A stretch of 64,000 nucleotides of DNA, taken from Octopus sinensis. Its lineage: Eukaryota. Under the pieces are notes generated by a model that did not search any database, was not told where the DNA came from, and saw nothing but the letters and a program-made list of their open reading frames with translations. The stretch lies in assembly GCF_006345805.1 (NCBI RefSeq), contig NC_043009.1, positions 27,218,001 through 27,282,000 on the forward strand, written 5' to 3'. Positions 48,524 through 62,535 of the stretch are shown here, in pieces. The translations under genes were made by a program, and so were the position numbers. The stretch's first letter is position 1. Each line of letters opens with the position of its first letter.

Positions 48524-51101
48524 TTAACGATTAAATAATTAAATTTAGAAAAATTAGAAATTTCTTTTTTGCTGAAGTTTGGTTTGTGTTTTTGTTTGTG
48601 CATATGTTGATATGGGTAATTTGATATGTGGTTGCAGAAATCATCAAGTGTTTTGTTCTTACCTTTTGAGGGGGTGTAGTTACTCCTATTTCTGACTAAC
48701 GATTCGTCCTCGTTATATTTGTCGTATAGCTCCTCAGTAAGTCTTAATTTTCTGCAGAATTCTGCGATGTCTTCTTTCATTTCATTGTAGTTGGGGTGTT
48801 GTGGGGTGGGTGTAAACTTGAGTCCTTTGGAAAGTATGTTTATTTGGTTTGTTGTTAGTTCCTTGTGAGTTAGATTGATAATTTTTATTACTTTTGGTTC
48901 ATCCTGCTTGTTTGGTGCTATCTTGTGTCTCTGTGTTTGCGTATTGGGTCTAATACTTGGATATGCTCAATCACCTACCGAATACTATAAACAAAAACAC
49001 CATACTGGTATCCTTCGATGTAGTCAACCTCTACTCCAATATCCCCCACAACCTAGGACTAGAGGCAATCCAATTCTGGCTAGAGAATCACGCCACGAAC
49101 TACCACATCGCATCAAAAAAGAATTCGTGATAGAAGGGGTTAAATTCATCCTGGAAAATAACTCTTCGCCTTCAATGACAACTTCTACCGACAAAAATCG
49201 GGGACTGCGATGGGTACACGAATGGCCCCCTCCTTTGCCAATCTAGTCATAGGATATCTAGAGATCAGTCTGTATCGTAAGGTTCTAGAAAGATATGGCA
49301 GCCCTTTCTCCATCTACATAGAAAACAACTGGAAGAGATATCTAGATGACTGTTTCATCCTTTGGCATAAAAATATAGAAAAACTCATAGAATTCCAGGA
49401 AATTTTAAACGGCTGGACGTAAACATCCAATTCACGATGGAATATAGCCAGCAACAACTCCCTTCCTCGATATCCTCATTAAGAAAGCTAATAATGTAAT
49501 AGAAACAGACATATATTATAAGCCTACAGATTCTAAGCAATATCTTCCATTCAATTCATGCCACCCAAGACACACCAGGATGAATATCCCCTTCAATCTA
49601 GCAAAAAGGATATACACTATAGTCTCTAATGCAAACACCAGAGACACACGACTACAAGAACTAAAAGATACCCTTATCACCAGGACCACCATCCACCTTC
49701 ACTTATTGACAAGTGCATTCAACGTGCCCTTCAACTTAACATCAAGGAACTGAGACATCCAAATCAAAGAAAAACTTACGACCAAAAGCCTTACCATACA
49801 TCTCCACACACAACCCTCTCAATAACGAAGCCTTCGGCACCATCCTCCACAACATACCCCTCCTAAAAAAAGACCACAGAATGAACACAATCCTCCAAAC
49901 ACACACGATCATAAAAAGCAAGAGGCAGCCTAAATCCATGAAAAGTCTCCTAACACAAACCCGAATTCACCTCTTCAACACAGAAGCCGCAGTAAAAAAA
50001 TGTGGAAGACCCAATTGCGGGATATGCGATTATCTAATTGAGGGATCAGAGTTCTCCTTCAAACAGGGACAACGGTTTACAGTGAAAAGCAACTTCACAT
50101 GTGCTTCGGAGAACCTAATATACTCACTAACCTGCTCCGGGTGTCAAGAGCTACGTAGGCCAAACAAAAAATAGTTTGCGTAAAAGAATGGCCTTGCACA
50201 GATCCCAGATAAAAATTCCCCAAAACAGAAAAATAGCTTTCAGCCACACATAGATACTTGCGCCAACAACAAAACACCAGGCTTCAGGATTTTTCCCCTC
50301 TACCAATTTAGGGACGATACAACCTCGAAACAACGAATAAGTAAAGAAACTCTCTTTATTACAAAATACAAGCCACTTCTTAACAGGTCTACGACAAACT
50401 ATTAATATACCTCAACTTTAGAATAAAAGAAATATACACACACAAATATTACATTCCAAAGAATCTATTACAAATCAGCCCCAATCACAGCTATAATCCA
50501 TAACATGCCAACTTCAAGTCATACAACACCTCACTACTTTCACCCATTCATATTCTCCCTTCTCTGTTTTCTTCTTCTTCTTCCTCTTCTTCTTCATCAT
50601 TATCATCATCATCGTCGTCATCATCATCATCACCATCATCATCATCATCTTCTTCTTCTTCTCCTTCTTCTTCTTCATCATCATCATCATCATCACATCG
50701 TCATCCTCTTCTTCTTCTTTCTTCTTCTTTCTTCTTCTTCTTCTTCTTCTTCTTCTTCTTCTCTCACCTTCTACTACCTCTTAACTTTATCACTAATGCC
50801 CTCTAGTATAACGCCTACGCAAATTCCATAAACCAACCTTTCAATAGAAATATTCTCCTGAATTGAACTGCAACTGACCATTCAAAATACAATCAAGGCA
50901 CTCCCAAATTTCTCCACCCCTTCTCCTCATCACCCCTCTTCTCCTTCTACCCTACCAAGAATTCACAACGAACTCAAACACACAAGTGCAAACAAGGGAG
51001 TCAGAGAAAGGCAGAATGCCACTAAAATTTGAAAACTATACAAATATTCCTTTAAAAAAACTTTTGTTCTAATTTTTCTAAATTTAATTATTTAATCGTT
51101 A

Positions 51102-51139
51102 CAGTTGAAAAGGTCTCAAAATGACCGAAACTGGTACTG
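51102..51139 (+). ncRNA. Minimal type-I hammerhead ribozyme, U3-A8 core (second copy)
   Basis: CAG-TTGAAAA-GGTC(TCAAAAT)GACC-GAA-ACTGGT-A-CTG. Confidence 0.7.
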
Positions 51140-51212
51140 AAATGTACTTTATAAAATTATTTTAGCATTTTCTATTTTGACTTGTTTTTCATATATATAT
51201 ATATATGTATGC

Positions 51213-51243
<31 letters not shown>

Positions 51244-51351
51244 ACTTTTTTGTGTCGAGAATTAGCAAACAAAACAAACCAAAACAGGTAAAACGACACA
51301 GAGTGTGATTCAGGAGGTGGACAACGACGAACGGTTTATTTCCTCATGTTG

Positions 51352-51387
51352 CTTTCTGTTGAAGAGCGTAGGCTCGAAATGTAAAAG
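51352..51387 (+). ncRNA. Atypical hammerhead-like motif, same family as 1058-1093
   Basis: CTTT-CTGTTGAA-GAGC(GTAG)GCTC-GAA-ATGT-A-AAAG. Confidence 0.35.
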
Positions 51388-52372
51388 ACTTTCTCACCTT
51401 CCCGAGCGTTAAACTAATAAACGTGCTTAATGTTTACACACCTGTGTTCGTCTTTTGTTTTCCGGTAAATTTCAACGATATATATATAGTAGATTAATAA
51501 AAAGGATGTTCTTGGTACAGTAATATATTTGAAAAGAATGAGTGGCGGTGGCTTTTTGAGAGATAATCTTTATTCAACATTACCCTGTTAAATTGGAAAG
51601 AAAACAATGCTCCTAACTATACGCGTCAATATGTTTAAAAATGAGTAAAATTCTCAAACTTTTAATCCTATCAATTGTTATTTTCTTTCTTACAGTTTGA
51701 CTTAGTATGTGAGAGAAAATGGTTAAAATGCACTTCGCAATCAGTATTTTTCTCTGGTTTTCTTGTTGGATCAATTATACATGGTATTTTATCTGACAGG
51801 TAAGAGATTAGAAACATATTGCTATAAAATCGAGCGTGTTGTGTTTGAAATAAGGTGAAATTTTCTCCATGCCCTTCTTAAGATGTAACTACTACTAAAC
51901 TGTATTAAATGCAGTCGAAATAATCTCCAGTCAGTTTAAATTTGTAACTCATCCTCAGTTATCACTGAATGAATAATGAAAATCACAACTTTATATTTCT
52001 TGGCACAGACAATTTCGTATTCCATTTCCATATAAGGAACAATTTTACTATCTGGATTGCATTAAGACTCTCAATTTAAGGGATTATATTTCTTTGAAGC
52101 ATTTTAAAGAGGATGCTGGATGTTTTAAGACTTATGCAACAACTTTGATACGGAGATAACAAAACAATGCTTAAACACAGAATTTCAGGAAAATGTACTC
52201 ACTAACTCCTTCGTATTTTAAGTTACATTGGCGATGTGTTCATTTTCTCGTGGAAGAAAGTTTTCAGGAGATATTAAACAATGATATATAAAATAATGGA
52301 GCAGCTGTATTTAATATATATATATGACAAAATTTACTTGGAAAAGGATAGGTGGCGTTTATATATATACAT

Positions 52373-52407
<35 letters not shown>

Positions 52408-52460
52408 GATTGTAGGAATAAAAACAGAGAAAAATGGATGTATGAGTAATTTATTTTTGT

Positions 52461-52558
52461 ATATGGGGGAGAACCTCTTCAGGATGCATCCTTCAAACGA
52501 AGATGTCAACCCAAGTTCTATAAACTCATAACAACCCTGAAGAGGTTCTGCCCCATAT
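52461..52558. mobile_element. 98-bp mini inverted-repeat element
   Basis: 23-bp arms with 1 mismatch, in a TA-rich context. Confidence 0.55.
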
Positions 52559-52561
52559 ATT

Positions 52562-52608
<47 letters not shown>

Positions 52609-52748
52609 CACAAATTTCTGCACATGAACCCGGAGTTTTCTACCCTTGGACAGGTCGCTTCAACCGTGTTTCTGACGTGAATTTACTACCCTGGTATCGG
52701 TTCATCGAATTATCCATGTTGACGGTAAAAATAGGATAATACATTCAC

Positions 52749-52848
<100 letters not shown>

Positions 52849-52994
52849 ATATATATATATATATATGTTTATTAAGACTATTTTTGAACTCTTAAGCTGA
52901 AAATGATCCATCTATATTACAAAATGAGTTGATTATATATGCTGTGGAATTTACTGCTGCATTAATTTACCAGCACCTGATACGCCAAGAGCAA

Positions 52995-53210
52995 GGCGGT
53001 GAGCTGGCAGAAACGTTAGCACGTTGGGTGAATTGCTTAGTGGTATTTCGTCTCTCATTACGTTCCAAGTTCAAATTCCGCCGAGGATGACTTTACCTTT
53101 CATCCTTTCGGGGTCGAGAAAATAAGTACCAATTGAGCAATAGGTCGATGTAATCGACTTAAAATCCTTCCCTTCAACTTCTAGCCATGTGCCAAAATTT
53201 GAAACCAATA
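52995..53210 (+). mobile_element. SINE family 1
   Basis: Family match. Confidence 0.85.
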
Positions 53211-53455
53211 TTAAGTAATCCTTTTTAATTTCTTAATCAAATAATAATTATTTCTTCTTTTGAATATAGATTTGGTCGGAGACCCATTATATTATTGGCA
53301 CGTGTATGCCTAGTTATCTGTGGCATTATCAAATCTTCATGCCATCTTTCAGCATTTTTCTCATCCTACATTGAATTCAAGGCTTTGGATATGTTGGTAT
53401 TTTGATTATGTACATGCATTGGTAAGTTATCTCAAATGCATGAATATATATATAG

Positions 53456-53489
<34 letters not shown>

Positions 53490-53511
53490 TATATAATATA
53501 CATATGGGTTA

Positions 53512-53780
53512 GTGGTTAGGGAGTTACACTCGCGATTGCGAGATCGTGGGTTCGATTCCAAGACCGGGCGTTGTATTGTGTTCTTGAGCAAAGCATTTCA
53601 CTTCACATTGCTCTGCGATCCTTTCGATATCTGACATGTGGCACTGCTGAACCTGTACAAGTAATGTCGATCTGATGGAGGGAATTGTTATATCTACAAC
53701 ACAAACATTTGATCACTGTAAACAATCATCTGTGTGATTGTTCGGCAAGAAATTGTCGAACCCTCTAACGACGGGAGAGT
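53512..53780 (+). mobile_element. SINE, family-3-like head
   Basis: GTTAGTGGTTAGG..GGGTTCGATTCC A/B boxes. Confidence 0.7.
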
Positions 53781-53793
53781 CCATTGTTATATG

Positions 53794-53827
<34 letters not shown>

Positions 53828-54680
53828 TAGCTGACGTACCCGGTAATTCCCGGGAAAGCGGGCTTATCTCTTGTTCCGTTCTCATAATGTTTCGCCAATC
53901 AAATAACAACAATACAAAGTATGTAGCCCTTAAAACGGCTTTTGTGCATTTACAGAAAATACCAAACTGCCTTACACAGGATAATGTTTTTAGGAATTCC
54001 CAATAAGTTATGAATACTCAAATTGTCAAGTCAGTTATGTAATAACATGAAATTACTTATCCGATGGTTAGAATTAAAGTAAAGTAGCCCCGAAAAGTAC
54101 TTTATGAGGAAATATTAGTAAGGCATGTATACTAAAATCTTGAACCTTGTTACGTAATAACAGGCTAATCAGATATGAGATAATGACAATTCAAAGTAAA
54201 TAATTCTGAAAAGGGCTTTTGTGCGTTCGCAGAGAATAGTATTACCCTTACCCTTAGTGGTGCTAGTGTGGTATATTCGTGAATATACCACTAACCGAAA
54301 TAAGTGGATCTATTGTTTAGGAAAATACTATTTACTTGTTTAAGGTTTGTACTAGATAAATTGCGAAATTTAAGAAATAAGCATACTCAATTTTTACCAA
54401 ATGATTTAGGAAAATGCATGGGTTATTTCCCTTGGCTGTTAAAATCTGGGCGAATGAGTTATTTCCCTCGGATGTTAAAATGGAATATATTAGATATACA
54501 TAAGGATGCCTTCCAGGGTCCTATCATCGACTTTTTCAACAATATGAGTATCCCATGAGGTTTCCAGACATGAGTTCTACTCAGGTGTCAAGTTTCATCA
54601 AAATCGACAAACAATGTAGGAATTAACTAACAACTCCACAAACACACCCACAGACAGAATTTCCCACATGTGTAGTAGAT
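53828..54680 (+). mobile_element. Helentron/DINE-like non-autonomous element
   Basis: 5' TAGCTGACGTACCCGG..CCCGGG short inverted repeat; 3' ACAGACAGAATTTCCC..TAGAT end. Confidence 0.45.
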
Positions 54681-54860
54681 ATTTCTCTGCGAATAGTTTT
54701 GTTATATGGTGCCGTATTTTACAATCCTGTAAATAATAATAATGGTATTTTTATATAAGTTTACAGTTTATGGCATTCGCTGAGCAATGACTAAGGAAAA
54801 AAGTCTAATAACGAGGCATATAAGCCCTCGACAGAAAAAAGAAGCCTCTCCTATCCGTGT

Positions 54861-54927
<67 letters not shown>

Positions 54928-54945
54928 TATATATGTATGTATATG

Positions 54946-55696
54946 CAGGGTCGCCATTTTAGATTTTTTATTTCATGTACATTGTTTTTTATTTTCTCGA
55001 TTACACAGTGTAGTAGGCTCATTTGGGCACCGTCTGTGAGAAATTCACTCTGCCCAAATTTGGAAATTGGAAGCGAGATGTTGTACTGCATGGCATTCGT
55101 GCCGGATACTCCAATTTGAACATTTGAGAGTGTTTGGATGAGAGTGGTAACATGAGGACATGTACCGAGAGTGATAAAATCAAACATCCAGTCAACATCA
55201 TAGTGTTCAGATTGATCACTATTGATGGTGACGTTATGACTCCATTCATCTTCCCACACAGCTTCAGACTCAACGCGGAGACCTACATCAAGTGCCTGGA
55301 GGAGGTAGTGCTGCACTGGGCCAAGAGGGTGGAACACAGTTATGGCTGTCAGACAATTTTTGCGACAACATCTCCCCTAACATCTGGCCACCTAACTCCC
55401 CACACTGGAAATCCTTTGATTACTATGTGTGGAGTGCATTGAGTGAGAGACCAACAAAACTCCTTGTAACAGTAAATATAAACTGAAGGCAAGGAAACCC
55501 TCCAGAGAGTTGCAGAGATTCCAAAGTTGTTCGGAGGCCGTGGTTGAAGCCAGTGGCGATTTTATTGAATAAATTTACTCTTTAGTGTTTCAAATATTTT
55601 ATGTAATTTTGGTAATACATCTCTGTTAAAACGAGACGTCAGTGTTATTTTCATTTTTGCGTAATTTAGACGACAATTTATTCACCGTACACTGTA
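54946..55696 (+). mobile_element. Tc1/mariner transposase remnant
   Basis: IWPPNSP..FDYYVWS motif, ..EAVVEASGDFIE*. Confidence 0.8.
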
Positions 55697-55900
55697 TAGA
55701 CACATACATATATAAAAGTGTTGCGTTCCTATTACTTTTATTCAAACCAAGCCAAACCTATATGTAATGTTCACAATATTATTATCATATTAATCATCAT
55801 TCATCATATTTCCAAAGTTTGAACAATAAGAAGCTGACATTTTAATGCAGTGTCACAATAAATATATATTTGAGCCTCCTTGCCCAGTCCCTGTATCCAT

Positions 55901-55932
<32 letters not shown>

Positions 55933-55950
55933 TATTTTAATATATATATT

Positions 55951-56005
<55 letters not shown>

Positions 56006-56009
56006 CTTA

Positions 56010-56041
<32 letters not shown>

Positions 56042-56152
56042 ATATTATGTATATATATACATATATGTGTATATATTATTTAATATATATATATAATGTT
56101 ATATATATAGAATATATATTATATATATATTATATATATATATATATATATA

Positions 56153-56188
<36 letters not shown>

Positions 56189-56807
56189 TATAAGGATATA
56201 TTTTTCAAATTTGTAATTATAGGAATATGCAAACATATGCGAACACGTCATTTTTGTTATGCAACAACCGTGTACAGCATAGCTGCGATATTTGTAACAG
56301 GATTCGCTTATGCCATATCCGACTGGCGTTATTTAGAATTGACAGTGTGTCTCCTGCCTATAACCAACTTTTTCATTTGGGTGTGAGTTAAGTATATTTC
56401 GTTCTGCTATATTTCATTGTCTGAAATTCTGCTTTCAAGCAACAATATTTTCATTTTTCCTAACAAAGCATATTTGAATATTCTGATGTAAATCGATATC
56501 AAAATATTACAGAATTAAAAGAACATCCTAATTCTTACTTTTTCTTATTTCTTGTTCCTCGTTAAATTTGTTTGCTGCACATCTGTCAATTTTAATTTCT
56601 GTGTTTACAACAAATGTACTCTCTTGACATTGACCTATGCTGAAATATATATCGTAATTATTTCATTATCTCTATTATTCACAGCAACCATACTATAAAT
56701 ATGCCTTTGCTACAATATTATATATTATCCAAGAATTGCTCTCCTATCCATGTTTTATGAAAACAATATGATACTACAATAGCATTTGAATTAAACGAGT
56801 GAATGTG

Positions 56808-56861
<54 letters not shown>

Positions 56862-57559
56862 ATGTAATAGTTGAAACTATATTTTCAATCTGATATATTA
56901 TACCTTTCCACCAGCTCTACATTTCCTTTGTAAAGCATTTATTTTGATAGATTTCTATTGAAAACACATAGCTGTTTGCTTTACAATTGCATTCAAGCTA
57001 ATGATGCTACAGGATCATGTTTTAAAGGGAAAGAAGGAGCTTCCTGTCGCAAAGAAATGTAACTTACTTTACTCTGTGACGCAATAATATATACATATCC
57101 TATGAATTCACACGCACATACACACACACACACACACACAACACCCACACACACACTCACGCACGCACACACACAGTATATATATAATCCCTATTACAGT
57201 TTCAACAACAAATATTGTTAGCATACAGATGATACACGAGAAAGTTAGACGCCTTAACACTTAAGACCCGGAAAATATTTAAGATAGAAGTTGATTTCTA
57301 CAAGCACTTAATGTAAAGTCTTTACCCCATGTAGAATTTTTCATTTCAGTTATGTGTTTAGTAAGTGAAAAAGGGAACACTTACAAACCTATTACGTAAA
57401 ACCTAACGAATATTTAACACTTAACGTGGTTTTGGTACAAAGTCAAAAAAGAAAAACTTGGGACTTTGTTTGTGACACTTTCACAGAGGTTATTTGTACC
57501 TGAAACATATCAGCATTATTAGATCTTTTTAAAGGTAACAATTAATGTTTTGCTCTTCT

Positions 57560-58100
57560 TTCTATTAATTTTCCCGGATTGCATTTACGTGGCTTCCATG
57601 GCTATGTTCAGACTGTAGCTGGTTACAGAAGCAACTGCGATCTGGCTCGGTTCGGATTAATATCCCCTCAGTTCTGTTAGCCGGCATGATTATCCAGAAG
57701 TGGTGGAAAGAGACCAATTAGTCTTACCCTCTATCCCTGGACTAGAAGTAGATACCTCATTTGGGACACCACAGTCTGCAACTCCTTTGCACTCTCCCAT
57801 ATCCTAGATGCTGCAGTAAATGGAAGGGTCCCTGCTTCCGTAACCGAATGGAAAAAACTCTGAGGTATCGGGACCTGATATAGAACTATCGTTCGGAGGG
57901 ATTGGGGCCAATAACCACGAAATGCTTGTCATTATTGGCAGCTCGCCACACCGAGGTTTTCAGGTATGGCCGCGAGACCGCTTGGTTTTCCAACGCCTTA
58001 GCCTTGCCATTGCCCGTGGTAATGCTGCGAGAATACTGGCTTGTTTCAGTAGGATCCGTTGAATCTTGTGGCAAGCGACCAATTCAAGTATTTGGCACTG
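57560..58100 (+). mobile_element. CRE-like (early-branching REL) non-LTR retrotransposon 3' fragment
   Basis: FQRLSLAIARGNAARIL C-terminal motif, upstream LIWDTT. Confidence 0.6.
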
Positions 58101-58784
58101 CATTGTTTTTTTTTATATTTTTTCCTCTTTCTTCCCCACATATGGTTTTTATCAGAAAGATTTTCAATAATTAGAAGCAAGTTAATTAAAGAATTTGCCA
58201 GCAAATTCTTATAAAATGACAATGTTCTAAAAGATGTACATTTAAATGGAAATAAAATCCTTTACGTAAACTACAATCTTGATGCATAATGTTCCATTTT
58301 CAGAGGTAATTTTTTTAAGCATTTACTCTTATAAATCTTTTACAGTCATCTCCTCTGAATCTCCAAGATGGCTCATTGAAAGAAAACGGTTTGTAGAAGC
58401 AGAAGCACTTTTCCGAAAAATATGAAGAAAAATAAAATACAAAATCAAGAGGTGTTAGATATTTTTAGGAATAATGAGGAGAATGAGGAAGAGGAGGAGA
58501 AGACTTCATACAAGAACATTATTCAAGAACATGCATGTGAAGAAAAAGTTTTACCCAAGCAAAAGACTTATCTTTTCATTGATCTATTTAAAACATCGTT
58601 CATTGCATTAATCACACTTAATATTTGCTTTGGCTGGTAAATATTTCTTTAATAATCTCTTCTGTTTCGGACTGCATAAATTTATTGCTAGACGAACTGG
58701 TAATTATTCTAAATTAAACTGCATCAGGTTGCATAGAGTTATAATATATCTGAATAACATGTCATAATATCCCAGATGTTTTAA

Positions 58785-59010
58785 GGCGGCGAGCTGGCAA
58801 AAACGTGAGCACGCCGGGCGGAATGCTTAGCGGCGTATTTCGTCTGCCGTTACGTACTGAGTTCAAATTCTGCCGAGATCGACTTTGCCTTTCATCCTTT
58901 GGGTCGACAAATTAAGTACCAGTTACGCACTGGGGTCTATGTAATCGATTTAATCCGTTTGTTTGTCCACTCTATGTTTTTACCCCTTGTGGGCAATAAA
59001 GAAATAAGAA
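58785..59010 (+). mobile_element. SINE family 1
   Basis: Near-consensus copy. Confidence 0.9.
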
Positions 59011-60419
59011 TATCACAGATGTTGGTTATTTAGAATATACACTCACTACCGCTACATAAGCAGGATATTCACTGTTTATGGTGATCCATAGTTAATAGGA
59101 TTTGCCACTGAGAAATAAATGCTAATGTTACGGACACAAAACAGTGTGTATGATGAAATATAAACTAACGAACTTGAACTTGAACTTCATACCGGGAAGA
59201 ATCGGATAAATGCGAGTCATAAATAAATGAAAGTTGGCAGAAAAATTCATAAGCTAACCAAAATACTCTCAAGGAATGTAACCAAATGAAGTTTATTTTT
59301 CAACATAGTCCCTTTTGCGATTCACATTCACCATAATTCTTCCATCGGTGTTTGATTCAGAAATATATCTAAAATATTTTCTATTTTAACATAGATGCAT
59401 CTTTCCGTATTACATACAGATGTAAATAACATGTTGATTATGTAATATGTAGTTGTTATTTTACAGGATGGTCTGCAGTATGCTATACTATGGTGTATCT
59501 CTTAATTCAGTTGATATGGCTGGAAACCGCTACTTAAACTTCCTGTTAATGCATGTCGTGGAGTTCCCCAGTATGGTAACTTCTTACTATTTGTGTAAAC
59601 GCTTTGGTCATCGAAAACCGACTACGTTTTGTATGATGTTTAGTGGATTAAATTGCATTGTGTCAAATTTTGTAACCAAAGGTATTGTATATCATAAATT
59701 TTATAATTTATACATGAGATTAATCTCATTAGGTTTAACTTATATAAAATTTAATCGAAGTATTCTTTTTTATTTACGCTAATACTTATTTCATTTTTAT
59801 TACGGTTTATCATACATCAGACATAAAAATTTTAAAAATTCAAGATGTTTATAACGAAAATTATATTTGTCTCACTACTGCTAATTAAGAGCCATAAGAC
59901 AAACATTTACAACGGATTAATTATAATTAATCCAAAAGTCAGATCATAGATCACAAAATGTTTGCGTTATCTAACCTTGCATTTTATATTTCAGGTTCAT
60001 TCTGGTTTCCTCTGATCCTGGTTATTCTGGGAAAGTTTGGAATCGCAGCTGCTTTTGCTTCAGTGTATCTTTTATCAGCAGAAATATTCCCAACAGTTGT
60101 TAGGTAAGTGGCATCCAGACATCTTTTTGTCACAGTTACATATAATCAAGATGGTAACGTTTCAGATTGTTAGTGGTGTGCAGCCTTCAGTTGCTGTATT
60201 GTTGTAACTGTACAACACATGTTTATCCTTCAACAATTAATTTCACTGAATTTTCACTGTATCGATCTGGTTACATTTGAGACCAATTTCTTAAACTTCG
60301 CTGACAAAATATTCATATAAAACTTCAATAATATTTGAAATCAGCGCATAAGGTATTGAAACAAATTAAATTGACCGATGAATTCTACCTCTCATCTACT
60401 ACTTAATCCAGCTTTCCAA

Positions 60420-60640
60420 CCACATTGTTCTGTGTGGCACCTTGGGCAAGTGTCTTCTACTTTAACTACGGACTGACCAAAGCCTTGTCAGTAGATTTGG
60501 TAAATGGAAACTGAAAGAAACCCGTCGTATATATATAAGTGTGTGTGTGTTGTGTACTTTTGCGTCTGTGTTTGTCCCACTATTACCACTTGACAACCAG
60601 CGTTGGTGTGTTTGTGTCCCCGTAACTTAGCGGTTCGGCA
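60420..60640 (+). mobile_element. SINE family 2, partial
   Basis: Family match. Confidence 0.8.
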
Positions 60641-60821
60641 AAGTATTCACAGTTTATGTTCCCTTATGTAAAAAAAACAAATAATGAACCAAAGACTTCA
60701 AAAACGAACCAACTTTTAGAATTATATTTGCTGGAATACAGTAATGAATTTCCAAACTAATTTCATGATTGGGTACTGAGTTTCTGAAATCTAAGTATTA
60801 CGGAAATACTACATTTAAAGG

Positions 60822-61115
60822 GTGGAGGCTCATGGCCTAGTGGTTAGAGCATTGGACTCGCTATCGAGGGTTCGGATCTCAGACCGGGCGATGTGTAAGT
60901 TTATGAGCGAAACACCTAAGTTCCACGCGGCTCCGGCAGAAGGTAATGGCGAATTTCTGCTGAGTCTTTCGCCACAACTTTCTGTCACTCTTTCCCTCCT
61001 GCATCTTGCAGTTCACCTGCGACTGGCCGGCGTCTCGTCCAGGTGGGGAACCAATACGCCAGGAGTATAGGTTTCCCACCTATATGAGCCAGGCATGGCT
61101 CGAAAAGGAACAAAC
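60822..61115 (+). mobile_element. SINE family 3
   Basis: Family match to 10637-10970 head. Confidence 0.8.
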
Positions 61116-61528
61116 AACACATTTAAAGGAAGTCGTAGAACAAACAAAAGTAGAAGCCAATTCTTTTGTACACAAACAAATTCCAATTTTGAAACAGTCA
61201 AGTGTTTTTACATTGTAAAACCTTGTGCCCTTTTAATTTTTATGATGTGTCTCCAATAAAATTGATACAAGTTCCACAGTTAGAATGGCCAGACATTTCA
61301 ACTGTTCGATTTGAGTCTCTAGTTGCTAAGTAGATTTTAGGGGTTTTGGTGGTATGTTAAAGGATAACGATCTGAGCCACATTCTCTCTCTATAAAAACA
61401 ATGGTCCGTCAAGACACAGTATACGATGCAGCTGCACAAAGTAGACACTTTTGAAAATGACATGTGAACCGGTCAGATGTGTGTGTTTATAATGTAAATA
61501 ATCGTCATAGATTCTTTGTGCATGTTCA

Positions 61529-61582
<54 letters not shown>

Positions 61583-62305
61583 AATAGTGTTCGTCAACTG
61601 AAGTAAAGTAATAGGTTTGTACCATTAAAACTCCGGCTTGAACTGCAACTTAAGAAGGTAGTATTGACATTGCCTATCGTCGAAGGTAGCTAGAAGTGTT
61701 TCTCTCCTGGAGCAAGGAAATATAGATTAAAATTGGAAATAAAAAAGCAAGACATCTGGTATCATTCGAAAAAGAATTTAGTTTGATTTAGATTGAGAAT
61801 ATAAACAGATGCAGTGTCTTACAGCTGTTTCTAGAATAGTGAAGCACGTAGATCATGATACTGAATAAGGATTGCGTCATCAGATCTAAAGAACTTAGTA
61901 TAAAGATGAAGAATGATCAGTATAAAGATGGTGAGTACTAATGTCCTTGATTGAAGATATTTCTTCGTCTTTATATTTTTCTGACTTCTCTCTCTCTGTC
62001 TCTCTCTCTCCCTCTGTGTGTGTGTGTGTCTCTCTCTCTCTCTCCCTCTGTGTGCCTCTCTCTCTCTCTGATGAAGGAGTACTTAGCTGATGGAATTCCT
62101 TACTGAATATCATGATCCACATGCCTTACTATTATAGAAACATATGTTATAGGCTCTATCTTTTTATATTCTCAATCTAAAATAAAATAGAATACTTTTT
62201 CAAGAGATGCCGAATGTTTCGCTTTTTCATTTTTTTTTTATCTACCAAGCTAACTATGTATGCATGTATATGTGCGTGTGTGTGCGTGTGTGTCTGTGTA
62301 TGTAT

Positions 62306-62355
<50 letters not shown>

Positions 62356-62389
62356 TGTGCGTGTGCATCTAGTGGATGCATGTAGCTTA

Positions 62390-62535
62390 ATGACTAGATC
62401 CTTGCACGGCGTTTCGTCCGTCTTCTGCTCTGAGTTCAAATTCCACCGTTCCAGAGTCGATTTTGCCTAACCTTTTGGGGCGTCCATAAAACAAGTACCA
62501 CTTGAACACTGTAGTCGATGTGATCGACTTACTCA
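62390..62535 (+). mobile_element. SINE family 1, decayed
   Basis: GAGTTCAAATTCC..GTCGATTTTGCC. Confidence 0.65.

Larger units (their letters stand above)
48430..51195. mobile_element. Penelope-like element, inverted structure (minus arm 48430-48960 with ORF N-terminus; plus arm 48960-51195 with RT and GIY-YIG), about 140-bp terminal inverted copies
   Basis: SFDVVNLYSNIP, GTAMGTRMAPSFANL, WKRYLDD, CGRPNCGIC, LIYSLTC; LSKGLKFTPTP on minus arm. Confidence 0.92.

Noticed and set aside
50505-50831. His/Leu/Ser-rich ORF
   Set aside because: (CAT)n/(CTT)n tract inside the Penelope 3' region
52536-52558. CTGAAGA core in the mini inverted repeat
   Set aside because: No downstream helix II-GAAA on either strand
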